This document shows positions 28,143 through 39,440 of a DNA stretch of 39,440 nt, piece after piece. The notes beneath the pieces were generated by a model, which ran no database searches, was not told the origin of the DNA, and saw nothing but the letters and a program-made list of their open reading frames with translations. The stretch lies in the sequence record SRR31156797_11328; one strand, written 5' to 3'. The position numbers were made by a program, and so were the translations under genes. Positions within the stretch are counted from its first letter, which is position 1. Each line of letters opens with the position of its first letter.

Positions 28143-29780
28143 ATGTTGCAAACGCTCACTATTAAGAAAAAATTAATTATATCTCTCACTTTTATTATTT
28201 CATTACTTACGATCAGCTCTACAGTCATGATATTCACTGCTTGGAAGCAATCTGATTTGACTCACTCTTTGAATGAGCAGGTTATTCCGAACTTGTTCTC
28301 AATCGAAGATGCCTATCGTGATCTTTATCAAGCTACTACGGCGCTTCAAGGTTTAGCTCTGGCTGAAAATCAAGCTGATATCGAACATCACCTGTCTGAA
28401 TTTGATGCAAATGCGTATAAAGCCATCCCGCGTATGGTGAGACCTGCAGAACTTGTCGCTCAAGGAGTAATGCCTCAAGAATATAAGTCTAAGGTGGAAG
28501 ACCTCGGAGAGCTGGGGGCTGTGTGGTTATCAACCTATGAAAAAATGGTGAAACTTCCAAAAGAACAATGGTTCCGTTATTACAAGCAAAATCGTCAGCA
28601 GCTAGACGACAGTTTTACGGCAGTGCGTGTTCAATTGAACATTGTTAAAGCCGAACTCGAAGATAAGCAAACTGAGTTGCGAGAGGAGATAGAACACGCA
28701 TCAATTCAGGCAGAGCTCGTGCTTCAATCGGGCAACGTTATCGTCATTATTGCGGCTATTTTCACTTCTCTTATTCTTTTAAAAACCATCGTCTCTCCGG
28801 TAAAAAATATTAAAGATGCGATGGAGCAAATTGCTTCGGGTGAAGGTGACTTACGACAACGTATTGATATCAATTCACAAGATGAATTGGGTCAGTTGGC
28901 AGGTTCGTTTAATCTGTTTGTGTCTAAGATCCAAAATACTGTAGTTCAGGTGGTTGAGAGTAATCATGCGCTTCGAAATGAAATGAACAACCTCCAATCG
29001 TTAACATCTACAATTCAGCATTCCACTCTTGATCAACAGAAAGACAGTGAAGCTGTCGCTGCTGCCGTTCATGAAATGCAGGTGACCAGTCGTAGTGTCA
29101 ATGACAATGCTCAAGAGGCTGCGAGTGCGAGCCAAACTGCGAATATGGAGGTATCAAACACCAATACTATTTTGGATTCTACGGTTAAATCGATTCGCAG
29201 TTTAGCGAATGACGTTGATAGCGCTCATAGGGTTATCAACACTCTGGATTCAGACGTAAGTTCAATTGCCTCGGTCGTGGATGTCATTCAAGGGATCGCC
29301 GAACAAACGAATTTATTGGCACTGAATGCAGCAATCGAAGCGGCTCGAGCTGGTGAGCAGGGACGAGGATTTGCGGTTGTGGCTGATGAAGTTCGGTCTT
29401 TAGCAAGCCGAACTCAACAAAGTACTGGGGAAATTCAAGCCATGATTGAGAAGCTACAAAATGGAGCGTCAGAGGCTGTTAATGTGATGCACGGTAGCAA
29501 GGAAAGTGGCGAGAAGACTATCAACACCGCGGGAGAAGCGAGTCGTTCTTTGTCTGAAATACTCAATGCTATCTCTATGATGAACGAGATGAACACCCAC
29601 ATTGCTACGGCTGCAAGCCAACAAAGTACTGTAAGTGATGAAGTAAACCAAAACGTACAAGGTATTGCGGATAGCAGTACGATGATCGTTGATATCGTCG
29701 ACCAAGCACAACAAGCGTTAGGAAACTTAAATGAACAGTGCCAACGATTAGATGTTCAGGTAGGTCAGTTTAAGGTTTAA
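28143..29780 (+). CDS. Membrane-bound MCP (helical periplasmic sensor, HAMP, signalling domain)
   Basis: Two TM helices, HAMP (GEGDLRQRI...[11 protein letters not shown]), [34 protein letters not shown]. Confidence 0.93.
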   Translation: MLQTLTIKKKLIISLTFIISLLTISSTVMIFTAWKQSDLTHSLNEQVIPNLFSIEDAYRDLYQATTALQGLALAENQADIEHHLSEFDANAYKAIPRMVRPAELVAQGVMPQEYKSKVEDLGELGAVWLSTYEKMVKLPKEQWFRYYKQNRQQLDDSFTAVRVQLNIVKAELEDKQTELREEIEHASIQAELVLQSGNVIVIIAAIFTSLILLKTIVSPVKNIKDAMEQIASGEGDLRQRIDINSQDELGQLAGSFNLFVSKIQNTVVQVVESNHALRNEMNNLQSLTSTIQHSTLDQQKDSEAVAAAVHEMQVTSRSVNDNAQEAASASQTANMEVSNTNTILDSTVKSIRSLANDVDSAHRVINTLDSDVSSIASVVDVIQGIAEQTNLLALNAAIEAARAGEQGRGFAVVADEVRSLASRTQQSTGEIQAMIEKLQNGASEAVNVMHGSKESGEKTINTAGEASRSLSEILNAISMMNEMNTHIATAASQQSTVSDEVNQNVQGIADSSTMIVDIVDQAQQALGNLNEQCQRLDVQVGQFKV

Positions 29781-29798
29781 CGACTAAACCAGAAGATG

Positions 29799-29830
29799 AA
29801 AGGCATAGAGCTTAGGTTCTATGCCTTTTT
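29799..29830 (+). terminator. Intrinsic terminator of the MCP gene
   Basis: AAAGGCATAGAGC-TTAG-GTTCTATGCCTTTTT. Confidence 0.85.
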
Positions 29831-29947
29831 CGTTTAGGCTCATCCTGGTTTGGATTTTAATCGCTGGGTGATGAACAAACCTATACGAAACATCTTGGAT
29901 AGAATATGCTCGGGAAAACATTAAGCCAAACAAGGATTGTTAATTTC

Positions 29948-31168
29948 ATGTCTAGTGAACCTCAGCAGACAATAGCTGACCCTACCATTCTTAGTTCTGA
30001 TGTGACTCGATCGAATTTATGGCGTTTGACTTTGGCTCAAGCGCTCGCGGGGGCTAACTCGGTCGTGGTGTTTGCGACTGGAGCGATTCTTGGCAGTATG
30101 CTTGCTCCCACCCCTTTACTTGCCACTTTGCCTATTTCTATTTTTGTTGTTGGTATGGCGGCGTGTGTATTCCCAATGGGGGAGGCTGCGCGAAAATATG
30201 GTCGTAAAGCGGCGTTTATGCTGGGGTCTGTGGCAGGTGTGTTGACTGGCCTACTAGCTATGCTAGCGGTGTTCACGAATGACTTTTGGTTATTTTGTGT
30301 TTCAACTTTTTTAGGAGGGGCTTATGCTGCCGTGGTGCTGTCATTTCGTTTCGCGGTCACGGATGGGTTACCGGCAGAAAAAAGGCCACAAGCACTTTCG
30401 CTCGTTATGGCTGGTGGGATTGTTGCTGGTGTTATTGGCCCACAGTTAGTGACACAAACCATGTACCTTTGGCCAGAAAAAATGTTCGCAGCCACATTTT
30501 TAGCTCAGGCTGTCGTCGCGGTGATCTCCGGTGTGATTTTGTTGGGTGTTCAATCGCCTTCGGTTGCCAAACAGCATGATGGTGGCAGGCCGCTGATTCA
30601 GATAGCACTGCAGCCTAGATTTATCTCTGCGGTGGTTTGTGGGGCGGCTTCCTACATGATCATGAATTTCTTAATGACCGCAGCGCCGCTTGCGATGCAT
30701 ATGCACGGCCATAGCCATGAATCATCTAATCTCGGTATTCAATGGCACGTAATTGCCATGTACGCGCCGAGCTTTTTTACTGGTAAGTTTATCGCGCGAT
30801 TTGGTGCGGTGCGAATTTCGGCTTTGGGTATTGTTTTGACCGGATTATCAGCTGTGGTGGGCTTGCTAGGAGAAGACGTGTATCACTTCTGGTGGTTACT
30901 GATTTTACTCGGTGTTGGTTGGAATTTCGGATTTCTTGGTGCGTCATCATTGGTGTTGGAGTGCCATGAGCCAGCGGAAAAGAATCGAGTTCAGTCCCTC
31001 AATGATTTTATTATTTTCGGCTTGATGGCTATCGGTTCGTTTTCTTCCGGAGGGTTGTTGAGCTCATACGGTTGGCAGATTGTATTATGGGTATCGTTTG
31101 TGCCGTTAGTGCTGGCTGCTTTGGCTTTAGGGGCAACTAAAAAGAGTCGTTCGAAATTGGAAAGCTGA
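29948..31168 (+). CDS. MFS transporter
   Basis: About 12 hydrophobic helices, motif-A-like ARKYGRK, QWHVIAMYAPSFFTG; ATG 29948 preferred (AAGGA upstream). Confidence 0.88.
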   Translation: MSSEPQQTIADPTILSSDVTRSNLWRLTLAQALAGANSVVVFATGAILGSMLAPTPLLATLPISIFVVGMAACVFPMGEAARKYGRKAAFMLGSVAGVLTGLLAMLAVFTNDFWLFCVSTFLGGAYAAVVLSFRFAVTDGLPAEKRPQALSLVMAGGIVAGVIGPQLVTQTMYLWPEKMFAATFLAQAVVAVISGVILLGVQSPSVAKQHDGGRPLIQIALQPRFISAVVCGAASYMIMNFLMTAAPLAMHMHGHSHESSNLGIQWHVIAMYAPSFFTGKFIARFGAVRISALGIVLTGLSAVVGLLGEDVYHFWWLLILLGVGWNFGFLGASSLVLECHEPAEKNRVQSLNDFIIFGLMAIGSFSSGGLLSSYGWQIVLWVSFVPLVLAALALGATKKSRSKLES

Positions 31169-31202
31169 GTCTGCTCAGGGTTGTTTGTATATCAACATAG
31201 CC

Positions 31203-31238
31203 AAAAAAATACACACCTAAGTATGGGTGTGTATTTTT
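31203..31238. terminator. Bidirectional terminator between the MFS and aldo-keto reductase genes
   Basis: AAAAAAATACACACCT-AAGTAT-GGGTGTGTATTTTT. Confidence 0.85.
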
Positions 31239-31258
31239 ATGAGAGCGGCAGGGGTCTA

Positions 31259-32128
31259 TTAGTCGTGAATTTTCACTCCGAGACAACCGCGAACAAATGC
31301 AGGGTTAAAGTGTTTAACCGCTTCACCTACATACCCGAGATCAAGTGAGCTGATTTTATCCATTTCTTCATCAGAGAGTGTGAAGTCCCAGATGTCGAAG
31401 TTTTCTTTAATACGCTCTTGCTTAACGGATTTTGGAATCACAGTGACGCCTCGCTGTAGGTTCCAGCGCAGAATCACTTGCGCCACGGTTTTGTTATGTG
31501 CTGCTGCAATACCTTGAAGCATCTCATCTTCAAAAGGTTTATGACGACCGCCACCCAGTGGCGCCCATGCTTCCGGCTGAACGTTATAATGCTTCATCGT
31601 TTCGATAGCTTCAGGTTGTGCAAAATAAGGATGCATTTCGACCTGATTGACCATAGGTTTTACCGTGACTGTTTCGCAGAAGTTAGCCAGTACATGTGCA
31701 TAAAAGTTAGATACGCCAATAGCCTTTAATTTACCTGCTTCATAGGCATCTTCCATGGCACGCCAAGCACTGAAGTAGTCGCCCAATGCCTGATGGAGTA
31801 GATATAAATCAATGTACTCTAACCCCGATTTATTTAGTGACGCTTCGATACCGGCTTTCGCGGCATCGTAGTTTGCCATATCTTGTACCCATAGTTTTGA
31901 TGTAATGAACAGTTCATCACGAGTACAAAGTCCTTCTTCAATCGCTTCTCGAACAGCATCACCAACGGCATCTTCATTACCATAAACCGCAGCAGTATCG
32001 ATAAGACGGTAGCCATCGCGGATGGCGTTTATGACTGAATTTTTACATTCATCTTTATCTGTTACTTGAAATACACCAAAGCCTGCCATCGGCATCTTAA
32101 TGCCATTATTTAATGTTGCATATTCCAT
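31259..32128 (-). CDS. Aldo/keto reductase (2,5-DKG reductase-like)
   Basis: Catalytic tetrad motifs GYRLIDTAAVYGNE, FITSKLW, DLYLLH, plus IGVSNF and IPKS; ATG 32128 with GGAGG RBS. Confidence 0.92.
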   Translation of the reverse strand: MEYATLNNGIKMPMAGFGVFQVTDKDECKNSVINAIRDGYRLIDTAAVYGNEDAVGDAVREAIEEGLCTRDELFITSKLWVQDMANYDAAKAGIEASLNKSGLEYIDLYLLHQALGDYFSAWRAMEDAYEAGKLKAIGVSNFYAHVLANFCETVTVKPMVNQVEMHPYFAQPEAIETMKHYNVQPEAWAPLGGGRHKPFEDEMLQGIAAAHNKTVAQVILRWNLQRGVTVIPKSVKQERIKENFDIWDFTLSDEEMDKISSLDLGYVGEAVKHFNPAFVRGCLGVKIHD

Positions 32129-32533
32129 AAAAGAATACCTCCAAAGTATTGATTGGACGTTAACTATGAACACTATCGATGCTTAGTTTTGCGGATCAAC
32201 GGGGCTCACACTACTTACCATAAAACGGTTTACTAGATTATGGCATGCAAATGGCTAAGCACTTAGTTCAATAATCGTGATTACTTGCCTAATAGTTTAC
32301 TTTTCGCTTTGCACCCCATTTGTTTCAAAGAAATATGGTGCTGTACAACAATCCGAGAATAGCCAGCCTAACTGCGAGTTTTACAAATAATGCTCTAGCC
32401 AATTAGTACTAAGCCACCAATTTAATGCCTACAAATTGTTAAATATGCTACTAAACTCAAGAATGATTCCCATTAAACTTTACGGCGTTTTGTAAGTGGT
32501 AGTAATCGATTTTACATAATATAACGAGACAGT

Positions 32534-35500
32534 ATGGCTATTCGAAAAGTGTTAAAAAATTCTGTTGGCAGCATTACCATTGATGTTGCTGGTGTAATTA
32601 AATCATTTGATGCTGTTGCCGAACGGATGTTTGGTTACTCAAGCTCGGAAGTCATTAATCGTAATGTCACAGTATTAATGCCAGAGCCATATAACACCAA
32701 TCACGACTCTTATTTACAGCGATACTTATCCGAAGAACATTCACCCCATATTATTGGCCAAGGCCGAGAGCTTCCGGGTAAACGTAAAGATGGCACTACG
32801 TTTCCAATGTGGTTGACGGTCAATCACGTTCAAATTGGGGATGTGAGTCTTTTCACTGGTTCAATCTTTGATCTTAGTGCTCAAAAAGAAGCGGAAAGAG
32901 AGCTCAGCCGGAGTGAAGAGTTCTCCAGAGCCGTTTTAGATACAGCCGTAAATCCAATTATTACTATCGATACTCATGGGCTTATTCGCTCATTCAATCA
33001 TTCCGCCGAAACGATGCTCGGTTACCAACAATCTGAAGTGATTGGTAAAAATGTCCACATGCTAATGCCAGAGCCTTATCACTCCAAACATGATGGATAT
33101 CTACAACATTATATGTCAGGGGGATCCCCGCGGATTATTGGCAAAGGGCGTGAAGTCGTCGCTCAAACCAAGAGTGGTCAGCATATCCCTATTCATTTAT
33201 CCGTCGGCAAGATGGATATGGGTGAAGAAGCAATGTTCGTTGGCATCATGACGGATATATCCGAGCAAAAAGCGGTTGAACAAGAATTATTAGAGCACAG
33301 AGTAAAGTTAGAAGAGCTTGTTAGCATTGCAACCAAGGAAGTGGAAGCCATTGTAGAAACAGCGGCAAATGGTGTCATAACAATCAATGAGAAGGGCGTC
33401 GTAAAAGTATTTAACCCTTCGGCGGAAAAGTTATTTGGTTGGAAACAAAGCGAGGTCATCGGACAAAACGTGACGATGCTGATGGGAGAGAAGGATACTC
33501 AAAGACACGCCTCCTATATTGAAAAGTTTCTTACTAAGTCGAAGAATCATGAAAGTAAGCCTCAAAACTCAGGGCGTGAAATTTATGCCAAAAAACGCGA
33601 CGGGACACTTTTCCCTGCCTATATTGCGATAGGCCACCGAGAGTTAAAGAATGATAAGCATCTTTTTGTGGCGTTCATTCGAGATATCACTGTTCAAAAA
33701 GAAAAAGAACAAGAGTTAAAGCTAGCAAAAGAGTTAGCTGAACAAGCGGCTAAAGCGCGTTCGGCTTTTCTTGCCAATATGAGTCATGAGATCCGTACGC
33801 CAATGAATGCGATCATTGGTTTTTCTGAGTTGGTACAACAATCCAAAGAACTCAATTCAGATACCAAGGAGTATATGGATATCATCGTCTCTTCATCGAA
33901 ATCTTTGCTTACCTTGATTAACGACATCCTTGATGTTTCAAAGCTCGATAGTGGTCAATACTCGTTAGATAAGGTGAGTTTTAATCTGCCAAATGCATTG
34001 GCAGACGCAATGAAAATGATGGAGTACCGAGCGACAGAAAAAGGTCTCAAATTAGTCGTGAAATATGATAGCGAGTTACCTAAACGTTTCTTGGGAGATC
34101 CGCATCGGCTGAGACAGGTATTGGTCAATCTTGTTGGCAATTCCATTAAGTTTACTGAGAGAGGGCAGATTCTAATTAACGTCCATAAAGGTAATAAACC
34201 TGAGGAGTTGCTATTTGAGGTAAGTGATACTGGTATTGGAATGTCATCTGACCAACTGAATTCAGTTTTTGAACCGTTCTCCCAAGCAGATAATACCATT
34301 AGCCGTCGTTTTGGCGGTACAGGGTTGGGTACGACGATTTGCAAACAAATCATCGAGTTAATGCATGGACGAATTTGGGCTGAGAGCAAGCAGGGGGTGG
34401 GAACCCAGTTTTACTTTACTTGTTCACTCCCAGAAGCAGATATAGGTGCAGATTGTTTGTACGAAGATGTTGCTCAATTGATAGATGATTATGTATCACC
34501 TAGAGCGTTTCATATTCTAGTCGCGGAAGATATACCGGAAAATGCCACGTTAGTGATTTTACGTTTAGAGAGGCAAGGGCATATTGTTTCTTGGGCAAAG
34601 AACGGGTTAGAAGCGGTAGAACTGTTTAAGAAACATAAGTTCGATTTGGTGTTAATGGATGTCATGATGCCGGAAATGGACGGTTTGGAGGCGACCAAGC
34701 AGATCCGTCAACTACAAAATGTCAGAAATGAGTACACCCCTATTGTCGCGTTAACCGCGAGTGTCCTCACTGAAGAACACAGCCTCTTCTATCAAGCAGG
34801 TATGGATGCCATTGAATTCAAACCAATCGATTTCACCAGTTTGTTTTCAGTGATGGAAAGCTTAGTGCCAGTAGGGAATGGCAATCTAAATCAAAACTCT
34901 CAATTGATAAATCATACTGATAAAGATATCGATTTTTCAGTGGTTTATCCCGTAGCCGATGTCAAAAATGCTTTGAAGAATTGGTGTGACACTGCGGTTT
35001 ATGCCAATGCGTTACTCTCTTTTGCATGTGATCATTCAGAAGATGCCGTAATCATTGAGCAGTTATTTAAAAATGGTGTTACTGAGCAATCAAAACGGAA
35101 AGCCTATCAAATTACACACGCATTGAAGGGCGTAGCTGCCAATTTAATGTTGTTTGAAGTGATGTCATGTACCGTGCACTTGAACAATCAGCTACAAAAG
35201 GCAACGTCTGAGAACATCTATAAGTCTTTGGAGCAGTTATCTCAATCGTTGGCAAATGCAGCAAGAGCCATTCGTCAGTTAGAGATGCCTAAAGAACAGC
35301 CCACTAAAACTCTTCAATTCGATCAAAACATTGTAAACGATCTTCTTAAGCAGCTTATTCCCGCAATAGAGCGTTATAACCCCGATGCGGTGACGCCAAT
35401 TTTGGATGAGCTTAGCCTTTATTGTGGCCACTCAATACTAAGAGACATTAAAAAACAGATTAGTTTGTATGACTTTGATTCTGCTGCAATCAAAGCAAAC

Positions 35501-35566
35501 CAATTGATAGAGCATCTACAAGCAGAGATGGGACGGAACGATGAGAAAAACCATACTAATCGTTGA
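32534..35566 (+). CDS. Cytoplasmic hybrid histidine kinase: 3 FixL-like PAS, HisKA, HATPase, REC, Hpt
   Basis: Three PAS repeats, FLANMSHEIRTPMN, NLVGNSIKFT, DTGIG, GGTGLG, REC (AED...LMDVMMPEMDG...KP), Hpt (THALKGVAANL); no TM segment. Confidence 0.92.
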   Translation: MAIRKVLKNSVGSITIDVAGVIKSFDAVAERMFGYSSSEVINRNVTVLMPEPYNTNHDSYLQRYLSEEHSPHIIGQGRELPGKRKDGTTFPMWLTVNHVQIGDVSLFTGSIFDLSAQKEAERELSRSEEFSRAVLDTAVNPIITIDTHGLIRSFNHSAETMLGYQQSEVIGKNVHMLMPEPYHSKHDGYLQHYMSGGSPRIIGKGREVVAQTKSGQHIPIHLSVGKMDMGEEAMFVGIMTDISEQKAVEQELLEHRVKLEELVSIATKEVEAIVETAANGVITINEKGVVKVFNPSAEKLFGWKQSEVIGQNVTMLMGEKDTQRHASYIEKFLTKSKNHESKPQNSGREIYAKKRDGTLFPAYIAIGHRELKNDKHLFVAFIRDITVQKEKEQELKLAKELAEQAAKARSAFLANMSHEIRTPMNAIIGFSELVQQSKELNSDTKEYMDIIVSSSKSLLTLINDILDVSKLDSGQYSLDKVSFNLPNALADAMKMMEYRATEKGLKLVVKYDSELPKRFLGDPHRLRQVLVNLVGNSIKFTERGQILINVHKGNKPEELLFEVSDTGIGMSSDQLNSVFEPFSQADNTISRRFGGTGLGTTICKQIIELMHGRIWAESKQGVGTQFYFTCSLPEADIGADCLYEDVAQLIDDYVSPRAFHILVAEDIPENATLVILRLERQGHIVSWAKNGLEAVELFKKHKFDLVLMDVMMPEMDGLEATKQIRQLQNVRNEYTPIVALTASVLTEEHSLFYQAGMDAIEFKPIDFTSLFSVMESLVPVGNGNLNQNSQLINHTDKDIDFSVVYPVADVKNALKNWCDTAVYANALLSFACDHSEDAVIIEQLFKNGVTEQSKRKAYQITHALKGVAANLMLFEVMSCTVHLNNQLQKATSENIYKSLEQLSQSLANAARAIRQLEMPKEQPTKTLQFDQNIVNDLLKQLIPAIERYNPDAVTPILDELSLYCGHSILRDIKKQISLYDFDSAAIKANQLIEHLQAEMGRNDEKNHTNR

Positions 35567-36536
35567 TGATGAACCGAATAACCTAAATGTTCTCAAGCAG
35601 ATATTAGCAGCTGAGTACGACTTGATGTTTGCCAACAGCGGACAAAAAGCGTTGGAGATTGTTGAGAAGCATAAACCCAACTTAATTTTGCTTGATATCA
35701 TGATGCCGAACATGGATGGTTATCAGGTTTGTGAAGCGCTACAACGTCGCGAAGATACTCAGTCAATTCCCATTATATTTGTTACCGCTATGGGGGACAT
35801 CGAAGATGAAGCTCGTGGGTTTGATGTTGGTGCGGTTGATTACATTATGAAACCGATATCGGCGCCAATCGTTCAAAGAAGAGTGAGAAATCACTTATCT
35901 CTAGTTCGAATGAATGAGCTACAACGCAACCAAAAAGCAGCCACATTTATGCTTGGAGAAGCGGGGCACTATAACGATACCGATACCGGCGTGCATGTTT
36001 GGCGCATGTCAGCCTACGCTAAAATTATCGCAGAAAAAATTGGTTGGGATGAGGAATTATTGGAGCTTTTAGAAATGGCTGCGCCAATGCACGACACAGG
36101 TAAAATTGGCATTCCAGATACCATATTAAAAGCACCACGCCAGCTGTCGACCGATGAATGGGTAATAATGAAAACTCATACTGAAATTGGTCATCGAATT
36201 TTAAGCATGAGTCCCAATCCATTGTTTCAAATGGCAGCAGAGATAGCACTTTATCATCACGAACGTTGGGATGGTAAAGGCTACCCTAAGGGCTTGTCTG
36301 GTGAGAACATTCCTGAGTGTGCACGCATCGTGGCGATTGCCGATGTGTTTGATGCACTCACTATGAAGCGAGTCTACAAAGATCCTTGGTCGACAGAAGA
36401 TGCGATACAAAAAATCCTGTCGGAATCTGGGGCGCATTTTGAGCCGAGATTAGTGGAGGTATTTAAAAACTGCATCCCTGAGATCCTAGAAATAAAAGAA
36501 ATTTGGGACTCTAGAGAAGTGTATTTTGATTCCTAG
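35541..36536 (+). CDS. RpfG-like REC-HD-GYP response regulator (cyclic-dinucleotide phosphodiesterase)
   Basis: REC (VDD, LLDIMMP, KP), HDTGKIGIPD, HHERWDGKGYP, IADVFDAL; 26-nt overlap with the kinase gene. Confidence 0.92.
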   Translation: MRKTILIVDDEPNNLNVLKQILAAEYDLMFANSGQKALEIVEKHKPNLILLDIMMPNMDGYQVCEALQRREDTQSIPIIFVTAMGDIEDEARGFDVGAVDYIMKPISAPIVQRRVRNHLSLVRMNELQRNQKAATFMLGEAGHYNDTDTGVHVWRMSAYAKIIAEKIGWDEELLELLEMAAPMHDTGKIGIPDTILKAPRQLSTDEWVIMKTHTEIGHRILSMSPNPLFQMAAEIALYHHERWDGKGYPKGLSGENIPECARIVAIADVFDALTMKRVYKDPWSTEDAIQKILSESGAHFEPRLVEVFKNCIPEILEIKEIWDSREVYFDS

Positions 36537-36599
36537 TTAATTTTTTGAATAAAGTCTTTATACTGCTACTTATCGTAAAAAAGACATTTGAGTTATACA

Positions 36600-37388
36600 G
36601 TGAAAAAGCAGACCCGAAACCTTCACCCTTCGTTGTCTATTAAACAGCCACCGTCGGAAGTGTTCATGAACTTTGAGGCGTTTCTATCAAACACTGAGAC
36701 TCGAGTGCACAGTCATCAGTGGGGGCAAGTACAGCTGATCGCTGGTGGAATCTTAGAGATGGAAGCGGAGGATACCCGTTTCTTAGCCCCTCCTCATTTG
36801 GCTATTTGGGTCCCTGCTGGTACGCGACACAAAAGTTACAACCGAAAACCTTTGGATTACTGCTCATTGAACATTGCTGCGGATATGACGCACGCATTCC
36901 CTACCAAAACTAGCCTGATAAAAGTAACGCCGATCGTGACGGCTATTATTGATGATTTTCGTGAACGTGAAATCAGCGTGGCGGAAACAGTGGAAGACAA
37001 ACGGTTGTTACAGGTTTTGATTGATCAACTCGCGACGCGAGAGATGCAGCACCATTTCTTGCCTACTAGCAATCACAAGTATCTGGCCCCGATTCTCACC
37101 GCCGTTGAAGAGAACCCAACAGACAGCACCAGTTTGCAGCAATGGGCAGAGCGCGTGCATACCACGGAAAGAACGTTGGCGCGTCATTGTCAAACCGAGT
37201 TGGGGATGAGTTTTACAGAGTGGCGATTAAGGGTGCGTTATCTTCACTCGATGGACTTATTACGCAGTGGTCATTCGGTAAAAGAGGTGGCACTGACTCT
37301 TGGCTACAACCAAGCCAGCCCATTTATCGCCATGTTTAAAAAATACTCCGGACAAACGCCGGAGCAGTATAAGAACCGATTGTTGTAG
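36600..37388 (+). CDS. AraC-family regulator with N-terminal cupin domain
   Basis: HSHQWGQ cupin motif; C-terminal SERTLAR-like TERTLAR...SVKEVALTLGY...FIAMFKK..GQTP; start GTG 36600 or TTG 36588. Confidence 0.88.
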   Translation: MKKQTRNLHPSLSIKQPPSEVFMNFEAFLSNTETRVHSHQWGQVQLIAGGILEMEAEDTRFLAPPHLAIWVPAGTRHKSYNRKPLDYCSLNIAADMTHAFPTKTSLIKVTPIVTAIIDDFREREISVAETVEDKRLLQVLIDQLATREMQHHFLPTSNHKYLAPILTAVEENPTDSTSLQQWAERVHTTERTLARHCQTELGMSFTEWRLRVRYLHSMDLLRSGHSVKEVALTLGYNQASPFIAMFKKYSGQTPEQYKNRLL

Positions 37389-37498
37389 TTACTATTCGAG
37401 TGTAGTTGGAAGTATTAGCGACCTTTTTCGAAACGATGTTTAATCCCATCGTTGTGGGTGTTAAGTGCTAATAAATCCAAGCAATTGTTCTTCCCTTC

Positions 37499-39440
<1,942 letters not shown>

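Noticed and set aside
36600..37388. AraC regulator as PobR
   Set aside because: It is convergent with the 3' end of pobA rather than divergent from it, and looks like a generic cupin-AraC protein; nothing links it to pobA.

Overview
This looks like a Vibrio chromosomal segment, probably chromosome 2: the order vpsT ... 2OG-Fe(II) oxygenase - speG - malK / malEFG - MicX matches what I recall of the V. cholerae small chromosome. It holds about 34 protein genes, one probable sRNA (MicX), many intrinsic terminators and several readable operators (a MarR palindrome pair, Fur boxes, MalT/CRP sites, a sigma54 promoter). I found no IS, integrase, prophage, tRNA, rRNA or CRISPR array. Accessory modules sit within this backbone: an orphan ViuA-like siderophore receptor with a binding protein; a D-amino-acid cluster (alr paralog divergent from dgcN-dgcA-dat); an NrtS-like membrane microprotein coupled to a soluble chemoreceptor; a soluble hybrid kinase with three FixL-type heme-PAS domains coupled to a REC-HD-GYP phosphodiesterase; and the end of a TRAP-pobA aromatic-acid operon. 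The best candidates for undescribed systems are the split NrtS/MCP receptor, the alr/dgcNA/dat D-amino-acid funnel, the triple heme-PAS to HD-GYP relay and a structured malK leader of about 470 nt. All family assignments come from recognising motifs by eye; no database search was run.
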